A stretch of DNA of 64,000 nt from Eledone cirrhosa (taxonomy: Eukaryota): positions 121,582,001 to 121,646,000 of the forward strand of contig OZ024745.1 of assembly GCA_964016885.1 (NCBI GenBank), in the 5' to 3' direction. Below, piece by piece: positions 12,960 through 23,156 of the stretch. The translations under genes were made by a program, and so were the position numbers. Numbering within the stretch: position 1 is the stretch's first letter; every line of letters starts with the position of its first letter. Under the pieces are notes generated by a model that saw only the letters and a program-made list of their open reading frames with translations, searched no databases and was not told the DNA's origin.

Positions 12960-14007
12960 CTCTGGACAAAAATGTATTAACTTTTGAAAACAGAACACAG
13001 ATCCCCCCCAGGTAAATGGCCTTGCTCAGTATGTCGGTAGAAATCCCATCCTCTGCCACAAATACAAACTATGGGTACACAAGAGATGTAGTGGGATCTT
13101 AGGAAGTTTAGCTAAAAATGTAGGCATTACATGTAGCCGTTGCACTGGAGCAGTAAGCAGGAAACAAGCGCTACCAAATTCTGGGAGGGCTCAGTAGAAA
13201 CAGTAGACAGCTTCTGCTACCTAGGTGACCGAATTAGCAGCAGAGGTGGGTGTTCTGAAAGTACATTAGCCAGAGTAAGAATGGGATGGAAGAAGTTCAG
13301 GGAACTACTACCACTAACAGCAATGTTACATGGTAGTGAGACCTGTGCGTTGTGTGTAGACTTGCATAGATGGGAAAGAAATAAGCTTACATGCTTCAAT
13401 GGATGTGTAATAGTAATATACGTGAACGACAAAGCATAAACGAACAGAGAGGAGATTGCGTTGGTATGGCTATGTAATGTGTATGAAGGATAACAGCTGT
13501 ATAAAAAGGTGCAGAGCGCTTAGAGTTGATGGAAGGCTTGGAGTGGGGAGACCCAGGAAGACTTGGGATGAGGTGATAAAAGCCGACCTTGCCCAATTGC
13601 ACCTCTCAAAGGTGATGACACAGGACTGAGATCTCTGACGTTACGCAGTAATACAAAAGACCCGACGGGCTGAAGCATATATATACAGTATGACCTCCCA
13701 TTGTAAAGTGGTCGTGTAGGTTTCACAACAAAAAGCACCCAGCCCACACTGTAAAGTGGTTGTGTAGATGTCGCAACAGAAAGCACCCAGCCTGCACGGT
13801 AAAGTGGTCATGTAGGTATGACAAAAAGTACCCAGTACTCAGTGTAAACGATGTTGGCATTAGGAAGGGCATCCAACTGTAGAAACCAAGCCAAAATTAG
13901 TTCTGTATGAGCAAGACATGGTCACCTGACTTAGCATTGCCCACAGCAGGACAACTCATCTAACCCATGCTAGTGTGGAAAATAGGCATAAAACAGTGAT
14001 GATGATA
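12960..14007 (+). mobile_element. 5'-truncated, decayed RTE LINE (family 2) with extended 3' module and (GAT)n tail
   Basis: Fragments GKWPCSVC, WVHKRCSG, VDSFCYLGD, RMGWKKFRELLPL, AMLHGSET; tandem AAAAGCACCCAG..GTAAAGTGG units; AACCCATGCTAG..GATGATGAT tail. Confidence 0.88.
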
Positions 14008-14187
14008 TATGCTTCTGGTTCATCTGAGGGGTCAGTAGCTCTGAAGGAGTACTAACTGGTTTGTGACAACCTGTCCAATACTTGCTAGCAAGGAAGATGT
14101 ATGTTAAACAATGATGGAAGTATAGCAAAAATTATCAGTTTGTGATAGGATGAGACTATGTAGCTGGTAAGAGTATCAGACAACATC

Positions 14188-14342
14188 AATTGTTAAAAAC
14201 CAAGTTAAAATCATTTAGTCATCCATTCATAATGTACGGTATGCTTTAGTTACATACACATACATCTACACGTAAATACATAAACAGATGGAAGGGGCTG
14301 GTGAAACGCTACGCTATAGCGATGTGTGTTGCGTCCCTTTAA
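14188..14342 (-). repeat. Dispersed ~155-bp repeat, possibly a DNA-transposon end; inverted copy at ~29465-29628
   Basis: TAAAGGGACGCAACACACATCGCTATAGCG..ATGATTTTAACTTG shared between the two sites. Confidence 0.6.
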
Positions 14343-14823
14343 GGTTTACTGGCTGCATAGCCTATTTGTTTGTTATACTGCATTACAGTTATCCAATTTC
14401 TTGTATTTTATAAATATTTTACACGGTCATGATTACCTAAAGTTTATAATTTTATCATGAAAATTCAAAAAGTTCAAGTTTCAAAAGATATACATATTTA
14501 AATATAAAAAGTTGCACTACTTTAGTTAAAACCTTAGAGTAGCAAATGGCTTGACTGATAGGATATCAGTATATTGGCCAAAGGTTGATATTGTTATTAG
14601 CTTTGCTCTTTATTTAGTGAAAACAGTCATCCCTTTTTGGTTAAGTTCACCTAACTTGTAAATAGGATCAACTTAGCTGTGTGAGGGTGTGTCGTGTAAT
14701 TCTTAACAAACAACGATGATGCTGTTCCAATTGCATTTCTACTTACTGACTTGCTTTACTCTGGAAGCTTCAGAAATTCTCTTAACCATTCTGTTGAAGA
14801 TTTATCTTAAAAAAACGATTAAC

Positions 14824-14856
<33 letters not shown>

Positions 14857-14955
14857 AAGATTTTGAGTTTATGTTGGTTGTATACCAACACCCCAGTATG
14901 CAGGCTGGAGCACTCGACGAAGTGCGCAGGTTGGTTTGGTTACTCCGGAGTAGTG

Positions 14956-15314
14956 TAAAATAAAGTTAAATAAAAGTCAAATGATTAAAATTTAGCTTCG
15001 TTTATTACTGCTATATATATTTCAGTGACAGCCATCTTTGGCTGTGACCTCTTCAGGCAGTTTGAATTAGTATGGTATAGACAAGTACATATATTATTTA
15101 GGTGTATGATATTGTCAATACTCTGATATGCCCAGTTCCTTGTTGGGTTGTTAATTCACTGGGGAACTGGAGTCATGATATGTACTTGTCTATACCATAC
15201 TAATTCAAACTGCCTGAAGAGGTCACAGCCAAAGATGGCTGTCACTGAAATATATATAGTAGTAATAAACGAAGCTAAATTTTAATCATTTGACTTTTAT
15301 TTAACTTTATTTTA
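14956..15314. repeat. 137-bp inverted repeat (one mismatch, 85-bp spacer), Penelope-like pseudo-LTR inversion
   Basis: 14956-15092 is the reverse complement of 15178-15314; each arm carries a hammerhead motif next to AATAAA. Confidence 0.9.
15209..15263 (+). ncRNA. Minimal type-I hammerhead ribozyme motif (mirror copy 15007-15061 on -)
   Basis: Stem I ACTGC/G(C/T)AGT, core CTGAAGA 15214-15220, stem II GTCACAGCCA-AAGA-TGGCTGTCAC, GAAA 15247-15250, palindromic stem III TATATA, cleavage triplet AUA. Confidence 0.75.
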
Positions 15315-15418
15315 TATATTATCATTTTAGGTAATCCAGTTAGAGGTTGTGGGTACTCTGTACTATGGATAGTTTTAACGTACGCCATTGTTTGACACAA
15401 CAAGAGTGATCAGCAGCC

Positions 15419-15888
15419 TTTAGACTCACCTGATCAATGAAACAATTGTTAATACTGTAAATAAAACCCTTTTTGTACAGCTATAAGAGGACACTGGGTT
15501 GTATGTACAATATTTATTTACGAAGATTGAGCTGAGTAGAGCTGAATAGCTGACATGCCAAGAGAGATGAAACAATGAATTAAGGATTTCAGAAGACACG
15601 GTCCACTGGCTGAAGTGTTGCCAGGCCGTTGTTAAGTTGTGTTACATGTTGGCTAGTGATTTCACGACGAAAGAAAGTTAGTTGTTTACCTTTTCACAGT
15701 CAGGCAGCGAGAGAGTATACCTTCGGCGGAACGCGCTTGGCCGAAAGGCCAGGCAGCCAAAAGGTGAAAAGAGAGGGAGATAGCTTTCAGCTCTCTCCTT
15801 TATAGTTCCCTGGACGGAAGTCACAAAGAAGGTTCCCGAACTTCAACGGGAAGTAACTCCAGCTACTTCCTGTCTAGAGAGCGCTACA
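15419..15888 (-). mobile_element. Solo LTR with 5-bp TSD
   Basis: Minus strand starts TGTAGCG and contains TATAAA (~15800) and AATAAA (~15515); flanked by CAGCC at 15414-15418 and 15889-15893; terminal CA is mutated. Confidence 0.7.
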
Positions 15889-15933
15889 CAGCCAACCATG
15901 TTATTCTTCACTCTTTCACTATATATATATATA

Positions 15934-16270
15934 TAAGAGGAATCAAATGATGTGTGCAGGTGAGGAGATTGCGTTGGTATGGACATGTGTTGCGTATGAA
16001 GGATGACAACTGCATAAAAAAGTGCAGAGCGCTCAAAGTCATTGAAAGTCTTGGAGTGGGAAGACTTGGGATGAGGTGATAAAATCCGACTCTGCCCAAT
16101 TGCACTTCTCAAAGGCGATGATACATGACCGGGATCCGGTGATACGCAGTAATACAGAAGACCCGACTTCCCACAAACACAAGCTGAAGTATATACACAG
16201 TATGCCCACAGCCCATACTGTAAAGTGGACGTGTAGAAGACACGGCAAAAAGCACCCAGCCCACACAATA
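15934..16270 (+). mobile_element. RTE family 2, 3' fragment
   Basis: IRGIK.CVQVRRLRWYGHVLRMKDDNCIKKCRAL followed by the AAAAGCACCCAG module. Confidence 0.8.
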
Positions 16271-16923
16271 GACTTAACAAATATTATGGTAAGTGGTGTA
16301 CGAGTGTTAGGCAGGCAGTTTCACTGTTTACCCCTCAGTGGTAAAGGTTCACATTTTATATTCGACAGACAAGTTGACCTCTGGTTTTGGAGAGATATTT
16401 TTAGGCTCCAAATGTTGAGATGTACATCGGGATATAACTATTTTGTTTGGAGTTAATTACTCAACTCATGAACTACTTATCTTATTCACTTAGTTATTGC
16501 TACAACAAAATATTAACTTGATACTCAGCAGCTTATTATTTTTTTAATCTAAATTATTGATGTATTGTAATCTGATGCAAATCCATTGAGCGGGATGTTA
16601 GGATTATGCCAGATTCAAAACAGTCAAATCAACTTTCATCATTATCATTTTTACATCTGTTTTTCTGTGTTGGCATAAGTTAGACAAACGTTTTTTGATG
16701 CAGTATTCCACAGCTGGATATTGTTCCTGGTGGCAATTTGGGTTTTCTAAGTATAGTACTTACTAAGGTGGTGAATTGGCAGTCAATAGTACATTGGATG
16801 GAATGTTTTGTGGTATTCATTCCGGCTCTCTGAACTTCAAGGTCAATTTTTGCCTTTCAATGTAAAAAAAAAAATATATATATATATATACCATTCTAGT
16901 ACAAGTGATGATTCTCTCTCTCC

Positions 16924-17177
16924 TTTTCTCTCTCGAAAAGTTGGCTATATTCAGACCTGGAGAGGAATGAGCTTCACCAGGTTTAAAATGCCAAAATACA
17001 TATATGTCATTGGTGCCCCTGTAACTCCATCAGGAGTTGCGGTTCCATATATATGGTACTTATTCCAATGATCTCTGCTATGCTGTGTGACATAATTGGC
17101 TTGTCTAGGACATTTTAAACTAGGCGAAGCCCATCACTCTCCAGGTCTGAACACAACCAATTTCTTCCAGAGAGAAA
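16924..17177. repeat. Imperfect inverted repeat between (TA)n tracts
   Basis: TTCAGACCTGGAGAG..GTTTAAAATG (16950-16990) versus CATTTTAAAC..CTCTCCAGGTCTGAA (17111-17152). Confidence 0.6.
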
Positions 17178-17190
17178 GATATATATATAT

Positions 17191-17529
17191 GGAGGCTCAT
17201 GGCTTAGTGGTTAGAGCATTGGTCTTGCAATCAAAAGGTTGTGAGTTCAATTCTCAGACCGGGTGATGTGTTGTTTCCTTGAGCAAGACACTTTATTTCA
17301 CATTGCTCCAATTTACTCAGCTGTAGAAATGAGATGATAGGGACTGGGGTCCCTATCATTCCACTGCAAAGTGGTCATGGTGCTGCCATGGCAAAAAAGC
17401 ACCCAGCACTCACCGTAAATGAGGTTGGTGTTAGGAAGGGCATCCAGCTGTAGAAATCAAGCCAGAATCAGTTCCCGTCCCACCCTTGCAAGAAGGGAAA
17501 AAGCGGACATAAAATGAAATGATGATGAT
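17191..17529 (+). mobile_element. tRNA-headed SINE (family B) with RTE-5'UTR-like body and RTE 3' tail
   Basis: tRNA-like head, AAAAGCACCCAG..GTTAGGAAGGGCATCCAGC body, CCACCCTTGC..GGACATAAAATG(ATG)n tail like the RTE end at 18065-18125. Confidence 0.8.
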
Positions 17530-18090
17530 ATATATCCATGATGGATGCCATTTTGTATTGGTGATATTTTTATTGCTGATTTCCGACTTGTTTTAGACTG
17601 AGATTGGAAAATAGTTTTTTGAGCCAGATAACTAGCTGATCATTCATATCACTCAAAGAAACTATAAAGAACTCACCATGGAAAGATATTTGAAACCAGA
17701 TAGACTTAATACTGTCCCAAGTACCAAAAATGCAGATAAAACTTTCAATCATTGGCTGAGGACATTCACCTACTTTATAGACTCATTACTAGGTGAAGAG
17801 GGTAGAGCTGTCAATAAACTTAATTTATTGATAACGAATTCATCAGTGAAGTTGATAGTTACAAACAAGCTGTACAAACTCTAAAGAATGTGTACATTAA
17901 GCCAAAGAACATCATGCTGGCATGCCGCCTTTTGTCTACAAGAAGGTGGAAATCTGGAGCAACTCTTGACCAATTCTTAAACAATCTCAAGACACTGACC
18001 ATGGACTGCGACTTTGTTTCTGTGAGTGCTAAACAATATCGATCTGAAATGATTCATGATGGACTCATCATCAACATCATCATCATCATT

Positions 18091-20181
18091 TTACGTCCGC
18101 TCTTCCCTGCTCGCAAGGGTGGGTCGGGTCTTATTCAGCACAGCATCTCTCCACTCGTCACGGTTCTTCGTCATCTCCACCGTGAGCTTTAACAATCTGA
18201 GGTCTGTTCTCACCACCTCCGCCCATGTTTTTCGTGGTCTACCTCTACCACTTCTTCCTTCAACTGGCATTTCCTGGCACTTCTTCACCCATCGGTCATC
18301 CTCCATGCACATCACATGTCCATACCACCTCAGTCTCCTCTCTCGTACACTACATTCTATCCCTCTCAGACACAGTTTCTCTCTCAACACATTCATGCTG
18401 GGTCGTTGACGCACATTTACACTGCACATCCAACGGAGCATGCTTGCCTCATTTCTCTCCAGCCGTCGCATATCCTCTACAGTTGCTGCCCATGTCTCAC
18501 TACCATGCAGCATCGTGCCCCTCACACAGGCATCATACAACTGGCCTTTCGTACGCAGGGAGAAACCTTTCTTTGTCAGCAGAGGAAGCAGCTCCCTAAA
18601 TTTCTTCCAACCCATCCTTATTCTAGATACTGTGGCCTCGGAGCACCCTCCTCCCATGCTAATATGATCTCCTAGGTACCGGAAGCTATCCACCAGTTCT
18701 ACAGCAACCTCCTGCATTTGAAAAATGTGTCTATCAATGCGACTTCTACTGTCTAATTTCCCTGTACATCTACTGCATACATATTTCTCCCTACCTGTTA
18801 GTTTGCCTGCTATCCCGCTACATTTCTTGTGTACCCAGGATCTGCATTGTGTGCATTTTATAGAATTTATGCCAGTTCCTTTTCTGCATATCGAACATGG
18901 CCATTTCCCTGACGGAATCAGAGTTTTGTCCTCTTTTCTACTCATCAACACTTTTGTCTTAGCTAGGTTCACTCTCAGTCCTCTTGCTTCCAACTGCTGT
19001 TTCCATAGCCAGAATTTATTCTCTAGCTCCTCTACTGATACTGCTATAAGAACCAGATCGTCAGCATAGAGAAGTTCCCATGGACAGCCAGTCTTAAACT
19101 CCTCTGTTATGGCTTGGAGGACTATAATGAACAAGAGTGAGCTGAGGACCGAACCTTGATGTACTCCTACTTGTATCTGGAATTCCTCACTAAACTCCAT
19201 TCCTACCCTGACTTTACTGAGAGTACCTCTGTACAAAGTTTGCACTGTCCTCACAAGCCATTCCTCAACACCTAGTTTCCTTAGGGACCACCAGATGACA
19301 GATCGGGGTACCCTATCAAAGGCCTTCTCTAGGTCAACAAAGGCTAAGTATAGTGGCTTATTTTTCTCTAGGAACCTCTCTTGCAATTGTCTCACTAATA
19401 AGAGGGCATCTGTTGTACTCTTCCCAGGCACAAAACCAAACTGCATCTCATCTAGTTTGACCTTTTCTTTAATTAGTTGTGCTAATATCTTTTCTGCCAC
19501 TTTCATAACCTGATCCATCAGTTTTATACCCCTATAATTGCACCTCTCCAGAGCATCCCCTTTACCTTTGTAGCAATTTATGAGAATACTGCTGCACCAG
19601 TCTTTGGGTATGACACCACCATATATTATAGCCTGATTGATGATGCGTTCAACCAGTTTAGTGCCTATGTCCCCTGATGCCTTCAGCATCTCAGCAACTA
19701 TTCCCGATGGTGCAGCAGCCTTACCATTTTTCATTTCCTTAATCGCCCCTTGGACCCTATATTCGTCAATCTCAATAGCTGGTCCCTCTGTCGGATCTAC
19801 TAAGGGTAATTTCTCTCTCTCCCATTCGTTCTCCACATTCATCAGTCTCTCATAATGACATATCCAGGCCTCCTTTTTCTGATCATTCGTGACACTAAGT
19901 ACACTGGCATCATTCCGGACACATTTATCTTCAACAACATCCTGATTTGCATTGACACACTGCCTTGCAATGTGGAACACCGCACGCCTCTGATCTTCCC
20001 ATCGCAAAACATTGGCAAATCTCCTACTCTCAGCCTCCCTGCGTGCTAAGTACACCTGACGTCTAGCTTCTCTCTTAGCGGCTGTATATTCTTCCATACT
20101 CCCACCCTTTTTCCAAGCCTTCCATGCTAGTCTTTTGTCTCTAATGGCCTTATTTACTGTGCTGTTCCACCACCAGGTCAC
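18091..20181 (-). CDS. RTE reverse transcriptase with an embedded PHD-type zinc finger (continuation of the APE ORF)
   Basis: CNYRGIKL, MQFGF, AFVDLEKAFD, GVHQGSVLS, LLYADDL, C4HC3 finger, FRYLG, RRLRWYGHV, GRGRPRKTW; the upstream frame has an in-frame TGA at 20206-20208. Confidence 0.95.
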   Translation of the reverse strand: MTWWWNSTVNKAIRDKRLAWKAWKKGGSMEEYTAAKREARRQVYLARREAESRRFANVLRWEDQRRAVFHIARQCVNANQDVVEDKCVRNDASVLSVTNDQKKEAWICHYERLMNVENEWEREKLPLVDPTEGPAIEIDEYRVQGAIKEMKNGKAAAPSGIVAEMLKASGDIGTKLVERIINQAIIYGGVIPKDWCSSILINCYKGKGDALERCNYRGIKLMDQVMKVAEKILAQLIKEKVKLDEMQFGFVPGKSTTDALLLVRQLQERFLEKNKPLYLAFVDLEKAFDRVPRSVIWWSLRKLGVEEWLVRTVQTLYRGTLSKVRVGMEFSEEFQIQVGVHQGSVLSSLLFIIVLQAITEEFKTGCPWELLYADDLVLIAVSVEELENKFWLWKQQLEARGLRVNLAKTKVLMSRKEDKTLIPSGKWPCSICRKGTGINSIKCTQCRSWVHKKCSGIAGKLTGREKYVCSRCTGKLDSRSRIDRHIFQMQEVAVELVDSFRYLGDHISMGGGCSEATVSRIRMGWKKFRELLPLLTKKGFSLRTKGQLYDACVRGTMLHGSETWAATVEDMRRLERNEASMLRWMCSVNVRQRPSMNVLREKLCLRGIECSVRERRLRWYGHVMCMEDDRWVKKCQEMPVEGRSGRGRPRKTWAEVVRTDLRLLKLTVEMTKNRDEWRDAVLNKTRPTLASREERT

Positions 20182-20263
20182 TCTCTGTCTGGTTGGAGCT
20201 CTGCTTCAGCCACAAGTTTCATCAGTAGCCTGCAGCAAGTTGTCACGTAAGAAATTCCAGTTA

Positions 20264-21160
20264 TTATCTGTCATACGTCTCTAAATCGTCTTCTTTTTCG
20301 TCATATACATCTTGAATGGCTTTCCTAAATTTGTATTTTAGTGAAAGGTCTTTTAGCTTCCAGACCTTTCTTCTCCACACCTTCCTGTATGTTTCATTCC
20401 ATCTCTTGCTTACTGAGATATCACTAACGACTAACCTATGCTGTGGGGTACATTCTTCCCCAGTGTATGCCTTGGTATTAGACACTATCTGCCTGTTCCG
20501 CTGCCTAACTAGTAAGAAGTCAATCTGGCTTATGTGCTCGCCAGATTTGTAGGTTATTAGATGATTGGCAGGTTTCTGGAAGTTTGTGTTGCAAATAGTC
20601 AGTGTACTTGCATCACAAAATTCAAGAAGTCTCACTCCTTCTTCATTTCTTGAGCCGTAACCGTTCCCACCATGTACCCCAGTGTAACCATTCTGGAGCT
20701 GTCCAACATGACCATTGAAGTCCCCTGCTAGCATAATGATGTCTCCGTCCTCTGTCATTGCGGTTGTTTGTAAAAGTTGCTCGTAAAAACAGTCTTTCTC
20801 ATCTTTGCCTAGGCCTGCTTGGGGAGCATAGGCAGAGATGATTGTCAGTAGTCTCCTGCCTAGAACTAATCTAAGCTTAATTATTCGATTACTAACTCGA
20901 ACTACCTCTATTGTCTTATTGATCCATCTCTCAGCCAGGAAAATGCCTACTCCCCCTAACCCATCATCCTTACCTACCCAGAAAAGCTTATAGCTAAGAT
21001 GTTTGCCTACAACTAGTCTCGCAGAAGCACCTTTCCATCTCACCTCTTGCACGCAGCACACATCCACATGCCTTCTCTCCAGCATCTCGGCTATTTCAGC
21101 AGATCTACCTCTGAGAGTGCCAACATTAAGTGTTGCAACTCTGAGATGCGACGTCTTCAT
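20264..21160 (-). CDS. RTE apurinic-like endonuclease domain (ORF broken by a frameshift near 20268)
   Basis: LRVATLNVGTL, CCVQEVRW, ISAYAPQ, AGDFNGHVG, SQIDFLL, QHRLVV motifs. Confidence 0.92.
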   Translation of the reverse strand: MKTSHLRVATLNVGTLRGRSAEIAEMLERRHVDVCCVQEVRWKGASARLVVGKHLSYKLFWVGKDDGLGGVGIFLAERWINKTIEVVRVSNRIIKLRLVLGRRLLTIISAYAPQAGLGKDEKDCFYEQLLQTTAMTEDGDIIMLAGDFNGHVGQLQNGYTGVHGGNGYGSRNEEGVRLLEFCDASTLTICNTNFQKPANHLITYKSGEHISQIDFLLVRQRNRQIVSNTKAYTGEECTPQHRLVVSDISVSKRWNETYRKVWRRKVWKLKDLSLKYKFRKAIQDVYDEKEDDLETYDR

Positions 21161-21503
21161 ATTTTGTTGTTCCTATTTGTTGCTGTGCTGATAAGCATTT
21201 TGGCATTGATACACTGGTTGAATGCCCTTCCTAACACCAGCGCCACTTTACAGCATGGACTGGGTGCTTTTATTTGTGCCACCAGCACTAGAGAGGATGT
21301 CTTACTAAACTCAAGGGCCCTCTCTACCCCTCCATTTTACAGCATGGTCATAAAAAAACAAAAAAAACACTCATTGACACACACACACACACTCACACAC
21401 CAACACTCATGCATACAAACTACAAACACACACGCCACTCACACACCAACACTCATGCATACAAACACGCACACACCACTCACATACATATATATACATA
21501 TAT

Positions 21504-22779
21504 TACCGGCAGTACTGATACAAAATCAAAATCATGTCAACTGTTGACTTTTCCCAGTCCAGTTCAGTTTTTATATAATAATAATAATAATTGTTTGCTT
21601 TACGCTGATGATGGTGGTGGTGGTGGAGGTGGTGGATGATGGTGGTGGTGGATGGTGACTGATGGTGGCGATGGCGGCGGTGGTAGATGGTGCTAGTGAT
21701 GGTGGCGGTGGTAGTAGTGGTGGTGGTGAAGGTGGTGGATGGTGTCGGTGGATGGCGGTGGTGGTGGATGGTGCCAGTGATGGTGGTTGTGGTGGTGGTG
21801 AAGGTGGTGGATAGTGTCAGTATGGTGATGGGGGGGGGGATGGTCAGTGATGGCGGTGGCAGTTGTTGCTGTCGTTGTTATTGTAGTTGCTGCTGTCGTT
21901 GTTGTTGTTCTTCATTTCACTGCTGCTGCTGCTGTTGCAGACAATGGTGCTGTTGCTGTTATTGTAGTCGCATATATATAAATACATACACACATTCAAC
22001 ACAGACAATGGCGTTGTTGTTGTTGCTGTCGCTGTTGTTGTAGTTGCTGTTGTTGTTGTAGTTGTAGTTGTTTGCTGTGTTGAAATCTGGTCGCATCCAC
22101 TGAGATATATATATGCACACATATATACACACACATACACATATATATATACACATACATACATCAAAGGAGTTAGCAGTATGTCAACAGTCAACAGGTC
22201 AGCCACCTTAGATAGAGTAATGAGTTATGTGGTGATGGTGGGGAGCGAGTGTAGACGTTATTGTTATTGTGGTGGTGGGGGGCGGTGAGATGTACAAGTT
22301 CATAGTTCACTTGTTCCTTTTTCCTCTCTTTTCAAAATTTGAATTTATGGCCTTTTGCAATGACAGACAAGTAAGCGTAAAATGTAAATTTTTAAATAGA
22401 GATTGCTCTGGAAGAATATATGGAATATTTCTGTAGCTTTCACAGCTCTTCTCAGAACCTTTCCCGGCTTCCAATGAGCAAAAATTATTGTTGTATTTTG
22501 GTCTTTCAGAATACGAAAATTAATAAAAACTTACCCCAAAATTTTGAATTTATGGCCTTTTGCAATGGCGGACATGTAAGCATAATATGTAAATTTTTAA
22601 ATAGAGATTGCTCTGGAAGAATATATGGAATATTTCTGTAGCTTTCACAGATTTTCTCAGAACGTTTCCCGGCTTCCAATGAGTGAAAATTATTGTTGTA
22701 TTTTGGTCTTTCAGAATACGAAAATTAATAAAAACTTACCCCCACGAAAAACCGTGTATTGTCCTATCTATGAGCTCCC
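21504..22779. mobile_element. Unclassified insertion with (GGT)n/(GTT)n microsatellites and a ~205-bp tandem duplication
   Basis: Flanked by TATACATATAT at 21493-21503 and 22780-22790; two ~205-bp units at ~22333-22743. Confidence 0.5.
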
Positions 22780-23156
22780 TATACATATATAATTCAAATA
22801 AAATAAGACAGAGACTATTAGCAAACAACACGTTAGGCCTCAATGCTGCATACAATCAAGTACATTCGCTAGACGTGGCCAACAAAGTTCTAGTGTCTTT
22901 TTGAACACAGAAGTGGTAAACTTTAGTCCATCTGCATCTATCATAGCCAAGCCTGTTGAATGCCCAAAGCTGGAAAAGGAATGTTCTGTTGCAATCCACA
23001 AGACAACAAAATCTCAATGCCGGTTCTTTGGCAATGATAGACACCCACACAGTCGTTGTCCTGCGAGGGAGGCAATCTGTCATAAGTGTAAGAAAATAGG
23101 ACATTTCCTAATACTTTGTCGATCAAGCTCAGCAGCTGTGCTACCTCAAGATAAGG

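Larger units (their letters stand above)
18065..21300 (-). mobile_element. Near full-length RTE-clade LINE (family 1), single APE-RT ORF with two lesions
   Basis: 5' UTR, ATG at 21160, APE domain, RT domain, short 3' end and (GAT)n tail at ~18065-18090; inserted antisense into Gypsy gag. Confidence 0.95.

Noticed and set aside
18056-20552. Many plus-strand ORFs overlapping the RTE
   Set aside because: Antisense shadows of the RTE coding sequence.
21160-21350. HDV-like or twister ribozyme in the RTE 5' UTR
   Set aside because: I could not fit the P1/P1.1/P2/P3/P4 topology or the twister consensus by eye; reported only as pseudoknot-like.
21687-22206. Val/Cys/Thr/Asn-rich ORFs; also poly-K/F at 47890-48300, poly-SL at 51094-51464 and poly-YI at 61504-62244
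   Set aside because: These are translations of microsatellites.
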